Assembly (NCBI GenBank): GCA_023381615.1 | Contig: JAMCQL010000014.1 | Coordinates: 16,569 to 80,568, forward strand | Source: Bacteroidota bacterium | Lineage (GTDB): Bacteria; Bacteroidota; Ignavibacteria; Kryptoniales; JAKASW01 | Direction of reading: 5' to 3' | Length of the DNA: 64,000 nt | Part shown: piece after piece, positions 19,112 to 28,664 of the stretch | Numbering within the stretch: the stretch's first letter is position 1 | Layout: each line of letters starts with the position of its first letter | The notes under the pieces: generated by a model | Database searches by the model: none | The model's input: the letters and a program-made list of their open reading frames with translations, nothing else | Told to the model about the DNA's origin: nothing | Position numbers and translations under genes: made by a program

Positions 19112-21382
19112 CTATCCGGGGAAACTGTCTGACCCAATGCTTACTTTAAAAATGAAACTCCTCGGAGTTCCCCAAGCCGCGCCGCTGAAGAACGAACCTT
19201 TCAGCAGATATTGGTGGTTGAGAATGTTATTTACATAAAGTTCCGGCTTTATGCTGAAATTATTCCAATAAAAAGTTTTGCCGAGTGAGCCGTCGAATAT
19301 GAGATGCGGATTCACGTGTCCATTGACTGTGCCGTTTGCCAAGCCGCTTCCATAGCTCCCGACCATGCTTGCGAAGTAACCGCTCTTGTCGTAGTTGACT
19401 CCGAGAGAATATGTGATTCTCTGATCATGGTCGAGGTCGAATGCGGTTGTCGGCGGAAGGGCGGGCAGGAAACCTCCGGTTGTTGTTCCCACACCTTGCG
19501 CGTGGCTGACAGCGAGATTGAAGTAACCGGTTAGCGGTCCTTCAGGATGGTAATCGATTCCAAGTTCAGCGCCGCGCACAAAAATTTCCTGAATATTGAC
19601 TGCTGTTTGGAGATTCGTGCCGGGGATTGTGTTGTCATCCATCCCGGGATTTTCTTCGGTGTAATAGCCGACGAGTTTTGTCGAAATTGAATTTGTAAAC
19701 GAGTGAGTAATACCCGCTTCGAAGTAATTCCCCCTGACGGCTTTCGTCGGCTGCGAGACCGTGCCCGTGGCGCCGGTGATTTGTCGCAGCTGCTCGATGA
19801 GTACCGGCACGAAAAGCCGTCCGTAGTAAACATAAGCTGTTGTTGACAAATCGGGTATGTAGGTGAGTTTTACTTTCGGCGAAACCTGCGATTCGCTTCC
19901 GATGCCTTTAGCATAATGCAAATCGTATCTGACTCCTGCGTCAACCTGGAAAATCGGAAGAGGCTGGTAAACTGTTTGGACGTAACTGCCGAAGTCGTAC
20001 CCCTGTAGAGCCTCGATTGACTGGGGTCCAACTATGTTGCCATTGAATGTAGAAAAGTTTTCGTTGCCGCTTGTCCAGTAGTTTGAAGCGCCAACTTTGA
20101 ACGACAAATTGTCTTTTACCGGCAAAGACACATCAGACTTTATTCCGTAAACATTAAATTTTCGATCTTCTTTAATGTTATAGGCGGTAGTCGTGTCTCC
20201 AGAAAAGAAGAATGATGGAACGTCATTTGTCCCCGGCGTGTATGTTGAAGTCCCCTGTCTGTGAGTTACTGCAATGAATAGTTCACCCGAATTTGCATCG
20301 TCTCCAAAACCATGCCTGTAGATAAGATTTTGGAAGCCGCCGTTCTGTTGCTGATTGTCGTTCATTGTAATCCCACCCGTCGAATCGTATGGAACTTGAA
20401 ATTTAGAATTACTGAAGTCGAGGTCGAGCGCAAGAATATCGTTCGGGGAAAAGATGTACTGAACTTTGCCAAGACCGTACAAATCCTGACCGTGGTCGTG
20501 AAAAATATCAGGCATCGGTGTATCAATCCTTCTGTCGGTGACTTTCCTTGAGCCGGCGAAAAAGTAAGCGAAGTTTCCCGTGTGCGCATTAAACGAAAGC
20601 GACTGTCCTGACGAGTTGAAACTGCCGAGATAGCCGGAAGCATTTGCATGGAGTTTTGTAGCAGGTATTTTTGTTTTCACGTCAATAACAGCGAGCGCGT
20701 CTCCGTACTCGGCCGGGAGATCGCCGACACGGAATGTGATGCGGTCGACGACACGCGGATCAAAGAGTTCCGTCATTCCTTCGCTTTGTGTCTCGGGAAT
20801 TGGGACGCCATCCACGTAGTATGAATATTCGGCATGTTGTCCGCGAATGTGGACTTCGCCGGTCGGAGCCTGCACAGCACCCGGGATGTTTTGCTGAATG
20901 ATGGTGGAGGGGAGGCTTGTTGGCGCAGCGTGATATGTGTTCTCCTGGAAGAGCAGAGCGTTTGTTATGATGTCAAGTTTCTCCCTGTGCGCCTTATTCT
21001 GTGAATTTGCCGTCACCGTAACCCCTTCAAGCGTAATGTCGCTCGCTTCCAAAGCGAAATTCAATTCATTACGGCCTAACGCGAGGTCTGTATTTGTTTG
21101 TGATTTCTTGAATCCGACGATATATGCGACGATTGTGTATCGTCCCGGGATCAGGTTTCTTATTTCGTAATTGCCTAACTCGTCTGCGATTGTCCCGGTT
21201 ACAACGTCATTTCCTCTCATCACTGCAACTTCGGCATAAGCGATTGGGTGCCCGTCGGCTTTCTCAGTAATTTTCCCGCTAATTGACGCCCTATCGGATT
21301 TTTCCGGCACAGGCGCTTGTGAAAATGCTGTGACTTGAAAAGCTGTGAAAATGATTATTGATATAACGATGCTCCTCAGCAT
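19112..21382 (-). CDS. TonB-dependent receptor with N-terminal carboxypeptidase-regulatory-like domain
   Basis: 756 aa. Has a signal peptide and a CarbopepD_reg-like segment (GKITEK..GHPIAYAEVAV..GRYTIVAYIVGF), then a plug and a long Gly/Tyr/Asn-rich barrel. Confidence 0.8.
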   Translation of the reverse strand: MLRSIVISIIIFTAFQVTAFSQAPVPEKSDRASISGKITEKADGHPIAYAEVAVMRGNDVVTGTIADELGNYEIRNLIPGRYTIVAYIVGFKKSQTNTDLALGRNELNFALEASDITLEGVTVTANSQNKAHREKLDIITNALLFQENTYHAAPTSLPSTIIQQNIPGAVQAPTGEVHIRGQHAEYSYYVDGVPIPETQSEGMTELFDPRVVDRITFRVGDLPAEYGDALAVIDVKTKIPATKLHANASGYLGSFNSSGQSLSFNAHTGNFAYFFAGSRKVTDRRIDTPMPDIFHDHGQDLYGLGKVQYIFSPNDILALDLDFSNSKFQVPYDSTGGITMNDNQQQNGGFQNLIYRHGFGDDANSGELFIAVTHRQGTSTYTPGTNDVPSFFFSGDTTTAYNIKEDRKFNVYGIKSDVSLPVKDNLSFKVGASNYWTSGNENFSTFNGNIVGPQSIEALQGYDFGSYVQTVYQPLPIFQVDAGVRYDLHYAKGIGSESQVSPKVKLTYIPDLSTTAYVYYGRLFVPVLIEQLRQITGATGTVSQPTKAVRGNYFEAGITHSFTNSISTKLVGYYTEENPGMDDNTIPGTNLQTAVNIQEIFVRGAELGIDYHPEGPLTGYFNLAVSHAQGVGTTTGGFLPALPPTTAFDLDHDQRITYSLGVNYDKSGYFASMVGSYGSGLANGTVNGHVNPHLIFDGSLGKTFYWNNFSIKPELYVNNILNHQYLLKGSFFSGAAWGTPRSFIFKVSIGSDSFPG

Positions 21383-21441
21383 TTATAATTCTCCTTTTGG
21401 AATTTCGTGAAAACTTGACTATTGGGAAATTGGGCTTCGAA

Positions 21442-21771
21442 TTATGCTTGAGGAGGCGCGCGAGTGGATTGCTTTGGCGCTGGCTCGAAAGAGTGATAAG
21501 GTAGGTCGCTTATCCGTATTAGGTGAAAATTCTTCGGTGTAGAAAAATGTAAGTTGGAAAGTACGGGGCTTGTTGTCGATTGCGCAAAGTTATGGGCGGG
21601 GCAAACGAAGTTGTCGTCATTGACGGCGCCGCCCGCCGCATTGTCCGTCGGCGTGATGAACCGCCTTGAACTCAGTGGGACGTAGTCTTTGTGAGCAAGT
21701 GCGAAAGTCGCACTGATCATAAAATAGACTAGGGCTACAAATATTGCTGTTTTTCTGCGCTCTTTAAGCAA
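21442..21771 (-). CDS. hypothetical small secreted or membrane protein upstream of the TonB-dependent receptor
   Basis: 109 aa with an N-terminal hydrophobic helix. No family recognised. Confidence 0.3.
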   Translation of the reverse strand: MLKERRKTAIFVALVYFMISATFALAHKDYVPLSSRRFITPTDNAAGGAVNDDNFVCPAHNFAQSTTSPVLSNLHFSTPKNFHLIRISDLPYHSFEPAPKQSTRAPPQA

Positions 21772-21896
21772 TTGTCCCGTTTTCTCTGTCGTTATGATCT
21801 GTCATCGATGCAAAAGTATTAGACGCAAAACGCAGCGCATTAGTTCCCGATTTTTAGATTGAATCATTCTCATAACGCAAAGCCGGCTTTGTCGGA

Positions 21897-23042
21897 TCAG
21901 ATACTTTCAATCGCCTGTTTCAGATCTGATATCAAATCATCCGCGTCTTCGACTCCGACGGATAGTCGTATGAGCGTGTCTTCCAGACCGGATTGAAGCC
22001 TGACTTCGCGTGGTAAAGAGGAATGCGTCATCGAAGCCGGATGCTCGATAAGAGATTCGACGCCGCCTAAACTTTCTGCGAGGGTAAAAATCTTCGTAAG
22101 CGTTGTCAGCTTCTTTGCGGCACTCATGTCATCGTTCTTAAGTGTGAATGAAACCATTCCGCCGAAGTCGCTCATCTGCCTCTTCGCGATTTCGTAATTT
22201 GGATGAGTCTTGAAGCCCGGAAAATTTACATGCTTGACTTTCGGATGAGCAGCAAGAAATTCCGCAACTGCCGTGGCGTTCTCGCAATGTCTCTGCATTC
22301 TTAGATGCAAAGTCTTGGTGCCGCGGAGCGCGAGGAAGCAGTCGAATGGTCCAGGAACCGCGCCGCTCGATTTTTGGATGAAATAAAGTTTCTCGGCGAT
22401 CGCGTCGTCGTTGGTAATCGCGGCTCCTAAAATTACATCAGAATGTCCGCCGATATATTTCGTCGCGCTGTGTACCACGATGTCTGCACCCAACGCGAGC
22501 GGTCTCTGTAAGTACGGCGTCGCAAATGTGTTATCGACAACCGACAAAGCGCCAATTTGTTTTGCCAACTTTGTTACGCTTTCTATATCGACGATCCTGA
22601 GCAGCGGGTTTGTCGGTGTTTCTATCCAAATCATCTTTGTGTTCGACTTCAAAGCCTCCTTTACATTCTCGATATTGCTCATGTCGATAAAGTCGAAGCT
22701 AAGACCAAACTGCTCGAAGACCTTCACGAAGATCCTGTAAGTTCCGCCGTAGAGATCATTTCCCGCGACAACGTGATCTCCCGATTTCAGGAGTTTCACG
22801 ACCGCGTCGATCGCCCCCATCCCGGATGAGAAGGCTGCACAATATTTCGCCCCTTCAAGCGCGGCTAAGTTTTTTTCGAGGGCGGTTCGAGTCGGATTTC
22901 CCGCCCGTGAATAATCGTAGCCTTTGTGTACCGTCGGCTCTGATTGAGCGAATGTTGATGTCTGGTAGATTGGCGTCATTATTGCGCCGGTCGCGCTGTC
23001 GGGTTTCTGCCCTGCGTGGATGGCTAACGTAGCAAACTTCAT
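21897..23042 (-). CDS. cystathionine gamma-lyase/gamma-synthase family PLP enzyme
   Basis: 381 aa. Has MKFATLAIHAGQ and the SATKYIGGHSD PLP-lysine motif. Confidence 0.85.
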   Translation of the reverse strand: MKFATLAIHAGQKPDSATGAIMTPIYQTSTFAQSEPTVHKGYDYSRAGNPTRTALEKNLAALEGAKYCAAFSSGMGAIDAVVKLLKSGDHVVAGNDLYGGTYRIFVKVFEQFGLSFDFIDMSNIENVKEALKSNTKMIWIETPTNPLLRIVDIESVTKLAKQIGALSVVDNTFATPYLQRPLALGADIVVHSATKYIGGHSDVILGAAITNDDAIAEKLYFIQKSSGAVPGPFDCFLALRGTKTLHLRMQRHCENATAVAEFLAAHPKVKHVNFPGFKTHPNYEIAKRQMSDFGGMVSFTLKNDDMSAAKKLTTLTKIFTLAESLGGVESLIEHPASMTHSSLPREVRLQSGLEDTLIRLSVGVEDADDLISDLKQAIESI

Positions 23043-24490
23043 TATCTCTCCGTGCTTTCAGTTGAATTTTCGGTTATGGCGTAAATCAAATCTGATTTTG
23101 AAATTATATCGAGCGAGCTGTCTTCATGCTTGACGATAACTGCCGGACTTTCTTTGTCGAGCATCTTGTACAAGTTCTCGATTGATATTTTCTCGTTGAC
23201 GACAGGAAAGGGTTTGTCAAGGAATTCTTTGACTTTGTGTTCACGCAGTGTTGGATTGGACACCAGCGTCGAAAGGACTCTGTTCTCTGTCAAGCTTCCG
23301 ACAACTTGTCCGTTTTCAATAACGGGCAATTGGGAGATATCATTTTCCTGCATCAGCTTGATTGCCTGCATCAAAGTTGCCTCTGTGCCGACGCTGATTA
23401 GAACTCGTTTCCCTCGCTTGCCGTGTGTTATGTCTCCGGCGGACAATTTGAGTTTAGGCTCAAGATACTGATTATCTTTCATCCAAGTGTCGTTGTAAAG
23501 TTTCGAGAGGTATCTTGAACCGTGGTCGGGAATAATTACGACGATGATGTCGTTCTCCGTGAGGTCGTTAGCAATCTTCAAAGCCGCATAAGTGGCAGTT
23601 CCGGCCGATCCACCTGCAAATACTCCTTCTTTCCTGGCGAGCTGTCGCGTGACTAAGAATGAATCTTTGTCGGAAACCGCGATTACCTCGTCGATATTTG
23701 TGAAGTCCATTATTTTTGGCATTGAGTCCTGCCCGATTCCTTCTACTTTGTAAGGATGGCTTTCCGGAAGTTTTCTCGTCTTGAAATAGTCTGCGTAAAT
23801 ACTTCCTTCGGGGTCCACGCCGATGACTTTTATGCTTGGATTTTTCTCCTTCAAGTATTTAGCCGCGCCGACAATTGTTCCGCCAGTTCCAATGCCGCAG
23901 ACGAAATGTGTGATCTTACCTTCGGTTTGTTCCCAAACCTCTGGACCGGTTGTTTCGTAGTGCGCCTGCGGGTTGCTCGGATTGTCGTATTGGTTTGGGA
24001 AGTATGAATTTGGGATTTCTTCGTTGAGTCGGTGCGCGACAGAATGGTAACTCCGTGGATCATCAGGTTCGACGGCGGTCGGAGTGACGATTACCTCAGC
24101 TCCAAAGGCGCGAAGCAGGTCGATTTTTTCCTGGCTCATCTTGTCAGGCATTGTAAAAATACATTTGTAACCTTTCATGGCCGCCGCGAGCGCCAATCCC
24201 ATTCCGGTATTTCCGGAAGTTCCTTCGATGATTGTTCCGCCCGGTTTTATAAGCCCTCTTCGTTCGGCGTCTTCGATCATTGTCAAACCGATTCTGTCTT
24301 TGATCGAACCGCCCGGATTCAGGTTTTCCATCTTTGCGAGTAAAATTGGTTTGATGCCCGGAGCGACGCGCGTGAGCCGAAGCATTGGTGTATTACCAAT
24401 AATTTCAAGTATAGAATTGTACCACATCTGTGTCACCGGATCTCTTTTTATGTATGAATGTTTACCGAATGATTGGGAATCGACAGTCAT
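23042..24490 (-). CDS. cystathionine beta-synthase (PLP domain plus C-terminal CBS pair)
   Basis: Has GNTPMLRL, NPGGSIKDR and GTSGNTGMGLA, then a CBS-domain tail. The start is uncertain: GTG at 24559, ATG at 24490 or ATG at 24427. It overlaps the downstream lyase gene by 1 nt. Confidence 0.85.
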   Translation of the reverse strand: MTVDSQSFGKHSYIKRDPVTQMWYNSILEIIGNTPMLRLTRVAPGIKPILLAKMENLNPGGSIKDRIGLTMIEDAERRGLIKPGGTIIEGTSGNTGMGLALAAAMKGYKCIFTMPDKMSQEKIDLLRAFGAEVIVTPTAVEPDDPRSYHSVAHRLNEEIPNSYFPNQYDNPSNPQAHYETTGPEVWEQTEGKITHFVCGIGTGGTIVGAAKYLKEKNPSIKVIGVDPEGSIYADYFKTRKLPESHPYKVEGIGQDSMPKIMDFTNIDEVIAVSDKDSFLVTRQLARKEGVFAGGSAGTATYAALKIANDLTENDIIVVIIPDHGSRYLSKLYNDTWMKDNQYLEPKLKLSAGDITHGKRGKRVLISVGTEATLMQAIKLMQENDISQLPVIENGQVVGSLTENRVLSTLVSNPTLREHKVKEFLDKPFPVVNEKISIENLYKMLDKESPAVIVKHEDSSLDIISKSDLIYAITENSTESTER

Positions 24491-24875
24491 CTCATTGCGT
24501 GCTGACCTGTTTTCAAGATGGGAAAAATGCTCCAAAAAAACAACGACTGAAAAGCTCACTATCTCATCTCAACTTTTCCAGCGTCATTTTCCAAATCCAC
24601 GTGAAAGCCGGGGGATATTCGCGATGCCTATCGCGGTATTTGCAAGTGCGGAAAAGGAAGCCAACTCGTTGAAACGAAAGGCGGCCAACCGGATATCGCA
24701 CGCAACTCTTGCAGCTATGGTGAAAAGCATTCGCATAGAACGACGTGTTAAGACGCATTTGGATTTCCCAATCCGATATTGAACGCTAAGGATAAGGTTT
24801 ATAAATTTTTTGTTATGAAGTACTTATCAGTTGTGAGATGAGGAGATGAGAATACCATTTTTCTATCGTGAACGA

Positions 24876-25841
24876 ATGAACGTTAAGAAAATCCTGCAGA
24901 GAAGCAGAGTTAGACGATCCTTCTTGAAGATCGTGACCGCTGCAATTCTTTTGCTCTCGGGGACGTCGAGACCTGCTTCTGCCTGTGCATGTGGTTGCGG
25001 TGTGTTCAATGTAGGCACCAGATGGATGATGATTACGGGGACCGGCTTACGCGTATTCTTTCAGTATTCCTATATGGATCAAAATAGGAATTGGTCGCGA
25101 TTGAGTTTGGCTGAATCCAGCTTTAACAATGACAAAGAGATAAGGACAAGTTTCTATACGCTCGGCTTTCAATATATGTTCGATAGGGATTGGGGAATCA
25201 TGGGGCAGTTTCCTTATTGGGACCGTTATTTTAACACCATAGATAATTTTGGCGCCCCCGTTTCTGTTGACCATAAAGCTATCGGCGATGTTCGTTTGCT
25301 TGGGATGTACACCGGTTTTTCCCCAGACATGTCGAAGGCTCTCCTTTTCGGGGTGAAGCTTCCGACAGGACCAACGAATCTTTCTATCATGGACAGAGAC
25401 ACGCAGATAGGAACAGGAACTACCGACCTCCTTCTGGGCGGATACCATGCGGCACAGTTAGATTACTGGGGATGGTACTTACAAATCATGTGGAGACATG
25501 CGCTGAATACTTATCAAGACTATCGGCCCGGCGACAGCTATAATATGGCACTCGGTTTCCACTATGATTCCTTTTTGCAGGATTCTTCGGGCGAGGACAA
25601 ATACAAATTTACACCTATCGTCCAACTGATTGCTTCAATAAGAAATCGAGACAGTGGGGCAAACTCGGATCCGTCTAACACCGGTTTCCAAAGATTATAT
25701 GTGGCGCCCGGTTTTGAGATTGATCTGAAAAATAATTGGCAGCTTTACGGTGAGGTTCAAGTCCCAGTATACACCCTTGTAAACGGTTATCAGCTTGTCG
25801 CGCTCTTACTTTTCAACGCGAGCATCAGTTATCATTTCTGA
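24876..25841 (+). CDS. outer-membrane beta-barrel protein (MetA-pathway/transporter-like) with N-terminal CACGCG motif
   Basis: Has a signal peptide, then ASACACGCGVFNVG and alternating beta-strand patterns. The C-terminus is ...SISYHF. Confidence 0.55.
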   Translation: MNVKKILQRSRVRRSFLKIVTAAILLLSGTSRPASACACGCGVFNVGTRWMMITGTGLRVFFQYSYMDQNRNWSRLSLAESSFNNDKEIRTSFYTLGFQYMFDRDWGIMGQFPYWDRYFNTIDNFGAPVSVDHKAIGDVRLLGMYTGFSPDMSKALLFGVKLPTGPTNLSIMDRDTQIGTGTTDLLLGGYHAAQLDYWGWYLQIMWRHALNTYQDYRPGDSYNMALGFHYDSFLQDSSGEDKYKFTPIVQLIASIRNRDSGANSDPSNTGFQRLYVAPGFEIDLKNNWQLYGEVQVPVYTLVNGYQLVALLLFNASISYHF

Positions 25842-25922
25842 GTTCTAAGACATTGAACCTCGATGCGGCGAGAGGTTCTGTGTGTTACAGCGTCGGAGGA
25901 TTTACTTGTTTGTTCGAAGCGA

Positions 25923-26987
25923 TCACACGAACCGTTGTTCGGGCTCGAAGCCGGCGTTTTTTATCGCGCGAGTGATATGACTTAAGCTGAATCCGGAAAA
26001 ATGTTTCGTACCTGCCGCGCTTACCACGTTCTCTTCGATCATCAGGCTTCCGAAATCGTCTGCTCCGAATCGAAGGCCAATCTGCGCAATTTTCAAACCT
26101 TGTGTAACCCAGCTTACTTGAATCGAATCAATGTTGTCGAGCATGAGTCTGGAAATTGCGAGTGTCTTCAGGTAATCGAACGCTGATGATTTCTCTCGAA
26201 GGTTATCGTGATTCTCAGCGAGTTCGGTATTCCTCGGTTGAAATGTCCAAGGAATAAATGCCGTGAAGCCGCCCGTGATATCCTGAAGCTCACGTACGAC
26301 GATCATATGTTGGAGTCTGTCTTCGTAACTTTCTACATGTCCGAACATCATCGTGGCTGTTGACTTCAGTCCCAACTTGTGAGCTTCGTGCATCACACCG
26401 AGCCATTCGTCGGAGGTACACTTTTTGGGTGCTATCTTATCCCGAACGGAATCAACAAGAATTTCTGCGCCGCCTCCGGGAATTGAATCGAGTCCCGCCT
26501 CTATCAAGCGCTTGATTACATCTCGTGTTTTTAGTCCGCTTTGTTCCGCGATGAAGACGACTTCTTCGGGGGAGAGGGCATGGAGCCAGATCTTGTAATT
26601 TGACTTGATGAATCTGAAAGTATCTTCGTAATAATCGAGTCCGAGTTCCGGATTCAAACCGCCTTGAAGAAGAATCCTCGAGCCGCCGAGGTCTATTGTC
26701 TCCTGAATTTTCCTGCCGAGCTCATCGTACGAAAGCGTGTAGCTCTTTTTCTCGTCGCCGACCTTCGCGTAAAATGCACAAAAAGTACATTCGGTAACGC
26801 AGACGTTTGTATAGTTTATATTCCTGTCTATTATATATGTAACGATCGGCTTTGGATGTTTTTTCCGGCGCACGTATTCCGCCATCATGCCGATGGTCAG
26901 GAGATCGTTGGATCCAAACAATTCCATCCCGTCTTCAAGCGTGAGACGTTTACTATCACGAACTTTATCGAAAATTTGTTTTAACAT
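25923..26987 (-). CDS. radical-SAM menaquinone (futalosine pathway) enzyme, MqnC/MqnE family
   Basis: 354 aa. Has NINYTNVCVTECTFCAF (CX5CX2C) and the GGLNPELGLDYYE and IPGGGAEIL motifs of the CofH/MqnC/MqnE group. Confidence 0.8.
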   Translation of the reverse strand: MLKQIFDKVRDSKRLTLEDGMELFGSNDLLTIGMMAEYVRRKKHPKPIVTYIIDRNINYTNVCVTECTFCAFYAKVGDEKKSYTLSYDELGRKIQETIDLGGSRILLQGGLNPELGLDYYEDTFRFIKSNYKIWLHALSPEEVVFIAEQSGLKTRDVIKRLIEAGLDSIPGGGAEILVDSVRDKIAPKKCTSDEWLGVMHEAHKLGLKSTATMMFGHVESYEDRLQHMIVVRELQDITGGFTAFIPWTFQPRNTELAENHDNLREKSSAFDYLKTLAISRLMLDNIDSIQVSWVTQGLKIAQIGLRFGADDFGSLMIEENVVSAAGTKHFSGFSLSHITRAIKNAGFEPEQRFV

Positions 26988-27310
26988 TTTCTGAGCTTTT
27001 TAACAAAAATCGCAAAAAAATGACGAAGAAACAACGTAAGTGTTCTGGCTCAATACAAAAGGTGTACATGCCCCGCGACGGGACGCCACGGCGGATGAAA
27101 ATGCGGCACGTGACCGTCACTTTTATGTCAGATTGTCAGTGCATTGCAATATTGACACAAGTGACGGTCACCTTCACATTAAACATACAAGGTTGAATAA
27201 GGCTGGAGTGCCCTGTGGCAGAACATTTGGCATTTTCGAGGGAGGGAGTATTAACATTGTGAAGCGGGTATTGCGTTTCCATTTTCAAACGAAGGACCGT
27301 AAAATTATTT

Positions 27311-27339
27311 GTAGAATCCGATTCGGAATCGGATTCTAC
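27311..27339 (-). terminator. hairpin terminator downstream of the cytochrome-porin gene
   Basis: GTAGAATCCGAT-TCGGA-ATCGGATTCTAC forms a 12-bp perfect stem. On the minus strand it is followed by AAATAATTTT. Confidence 0.55.
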
Positions 27340-27393
27340 GGAGACATTTGGCTCCGACGGCGACCATCGGAGCGAGAAGACGGAATTCTCAAG

Positions 27394-28653
27394 TCAAAAA
27401 TCAAAGTCTACAAGCACCGTAAAAAGATTATCCTTGGTCGGGTTTGTTGTTCCTATTTCTCTATATGTATACTCTCCATGAAGCGCAACATTGAACGCTG
27501 TCCAGTCGCCAAGATAATACCTCACAAGTGCGGAGTACGCATTGATAGACCTTCCGTTATCATAAGATGGCGGCGTAACCCAGTTGTAAAGCACAGAGGC
27601 TATAAGTCTATTGTTCATCAGCGCTGCCCAATCAAGCTCTACAAACCCACCTGAATATCGATAATCTTTTGTAGGATCCAAAGTGTTAAGAGCCTTGTCA
27701 TCATTACCACCCATGACAAGTACTTCGAGATTTAATGTTGACCAGTTAAGGCTGACATCCCCGCCAAGTTTGTAAAACGGCTTGTTACCACTGCCATTCG
27801 TCTCGCCGGTTGGTGCAACAACGCTGCCTGGAAGAACGGTAGGCTGCCATCCATAATAACCAAATACGCCTATCCTCTGGCCGGCGCTCTGCCCATCACC
27901 TTTGCCAATTATCTGAACAAGGTTAAGGTATACGTCTTTATAGTTACTGTTATCAGGATTGCCGCCATTGCCGTTAACGACACCAAGTCCATACTTAAAG
28001 CCGCTCTTGAAATGTCCTGTTGCCTCAACACCCATCTGATTATCGGAAAACAGATAGCTGTTTGCTGGTGTGGTGAACGTGTAAACCTCGTAAGGCTCCA
28101 TGATATAAAATGAGCGGTGTGAACTGAACACCTGATAAGCGGGTTCAAACCTGCCTATCCTGAGATTAAGAGCATTCTGGACAATGTTGCTGAATACAAT
28201 ATTTGCTGATTCCATTGAGCCTAACTGCGATGGGTTGGCACCATTGTTAGGGCCAGCGTAGTCTCCTGCGGGCTCGTCAATTCTCGGTGTATAGATAAGC
28301 AGGAATGAGATATTTTTGTGAAGTACGCCCGCTGCAAGCAGATCAAGCCCGTAGACATTAAAGCCTGATGTAGCACCCTGTTTTGAATCATATACAGAAA
28401 ACCCTACCGGTGTTCGCATTGATATAGGTGGTGGTATTTCAAAGACGTTCTTTTCATACCCTTCTTGTCCAGGGATTTGATACCCGTTATCTCTGAACCT
28501 CTGGCCAAAATCATTTAACTTTGGAAACGCCGTATGGCACATTGTGCAAGTGAAGCCATACTTTCTTGCAAATGCCGGTATGGCATGAGCCGTTTCCGGC
28601 ACTAAAAAAGACAGAGCAATAAATGCTAATATCAAAACATAAAGTTTTTTCAT
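27394..28653 (-). CDS. fused monohaem cytochrome c / outer-membrane beta-barrel protein (Cyc2-like architecture)
   Basis: Signal peptide, then FARKYGFTCTMCHTAFPKLNDFG (single CXXCH followed by P-x-L). About 370 aa of barrel-like sequence follows, ending ...VLVDFDF. Confidence 0.7.
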   Translation of the reverse strand: MKKLYVLILAFIALSFLVPETAHAIPAFARKYGFTCTMCHTAFPKLNDFGQRFRDNGYQIPGQEGYEKNVFEIPPPISMRTPVGFSVYDSKQGATSGFNVYGLDLLAAGVLHKNISFLLIYTPRIDEPAGDYAGPNNGANPSQLGSMESANIVFSNIVQNALNLRIGRFEPAYQVFSSHRSFYIMEPYEVYTFTTPANSYLFSDNQMGVEATGHFKSGFKYGLGVVNGNGGNPDNSNYKDVYLNLVQIIGKGDGQSAGQRIGVFGYYGWQPTVLPGSVVAPTGETNGSGNKPFYKLGGDVSLNWSTLNLEVLVMGGNDDKALNTLDPTKDYRYSGGFVELDWAALMNNRLIASVLYNWVTPPSYDNGRSINAYSALVRYYLGDWTAFNVALHGEYTYREIGTTNPTKDNLFTVLVDFDF

Positions 28654-28664
28654 GGCAACCTCCG

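Noticed and set aside
24560-24845. Possible SAM riboswitch or other leader upstream of the CBS / gamma-lyase operon
   Set aside because: I read the minus-strand leader looking for SAM-I (GAGGGA...GCCC...AGA) or SAM-II (AAAGCU pseudoknot) cores and found neither. Only a generic CGCGAT-GCCT-ATCGCG hairpin is present. An Rfam scan would settle it.
27040-27654. 204-aa plus-strand ORF
   Set aside because: It covers an intergenic region full of hairpins and then runs antisense into the cytochrome-porin gene. No RBS or motifs are present.
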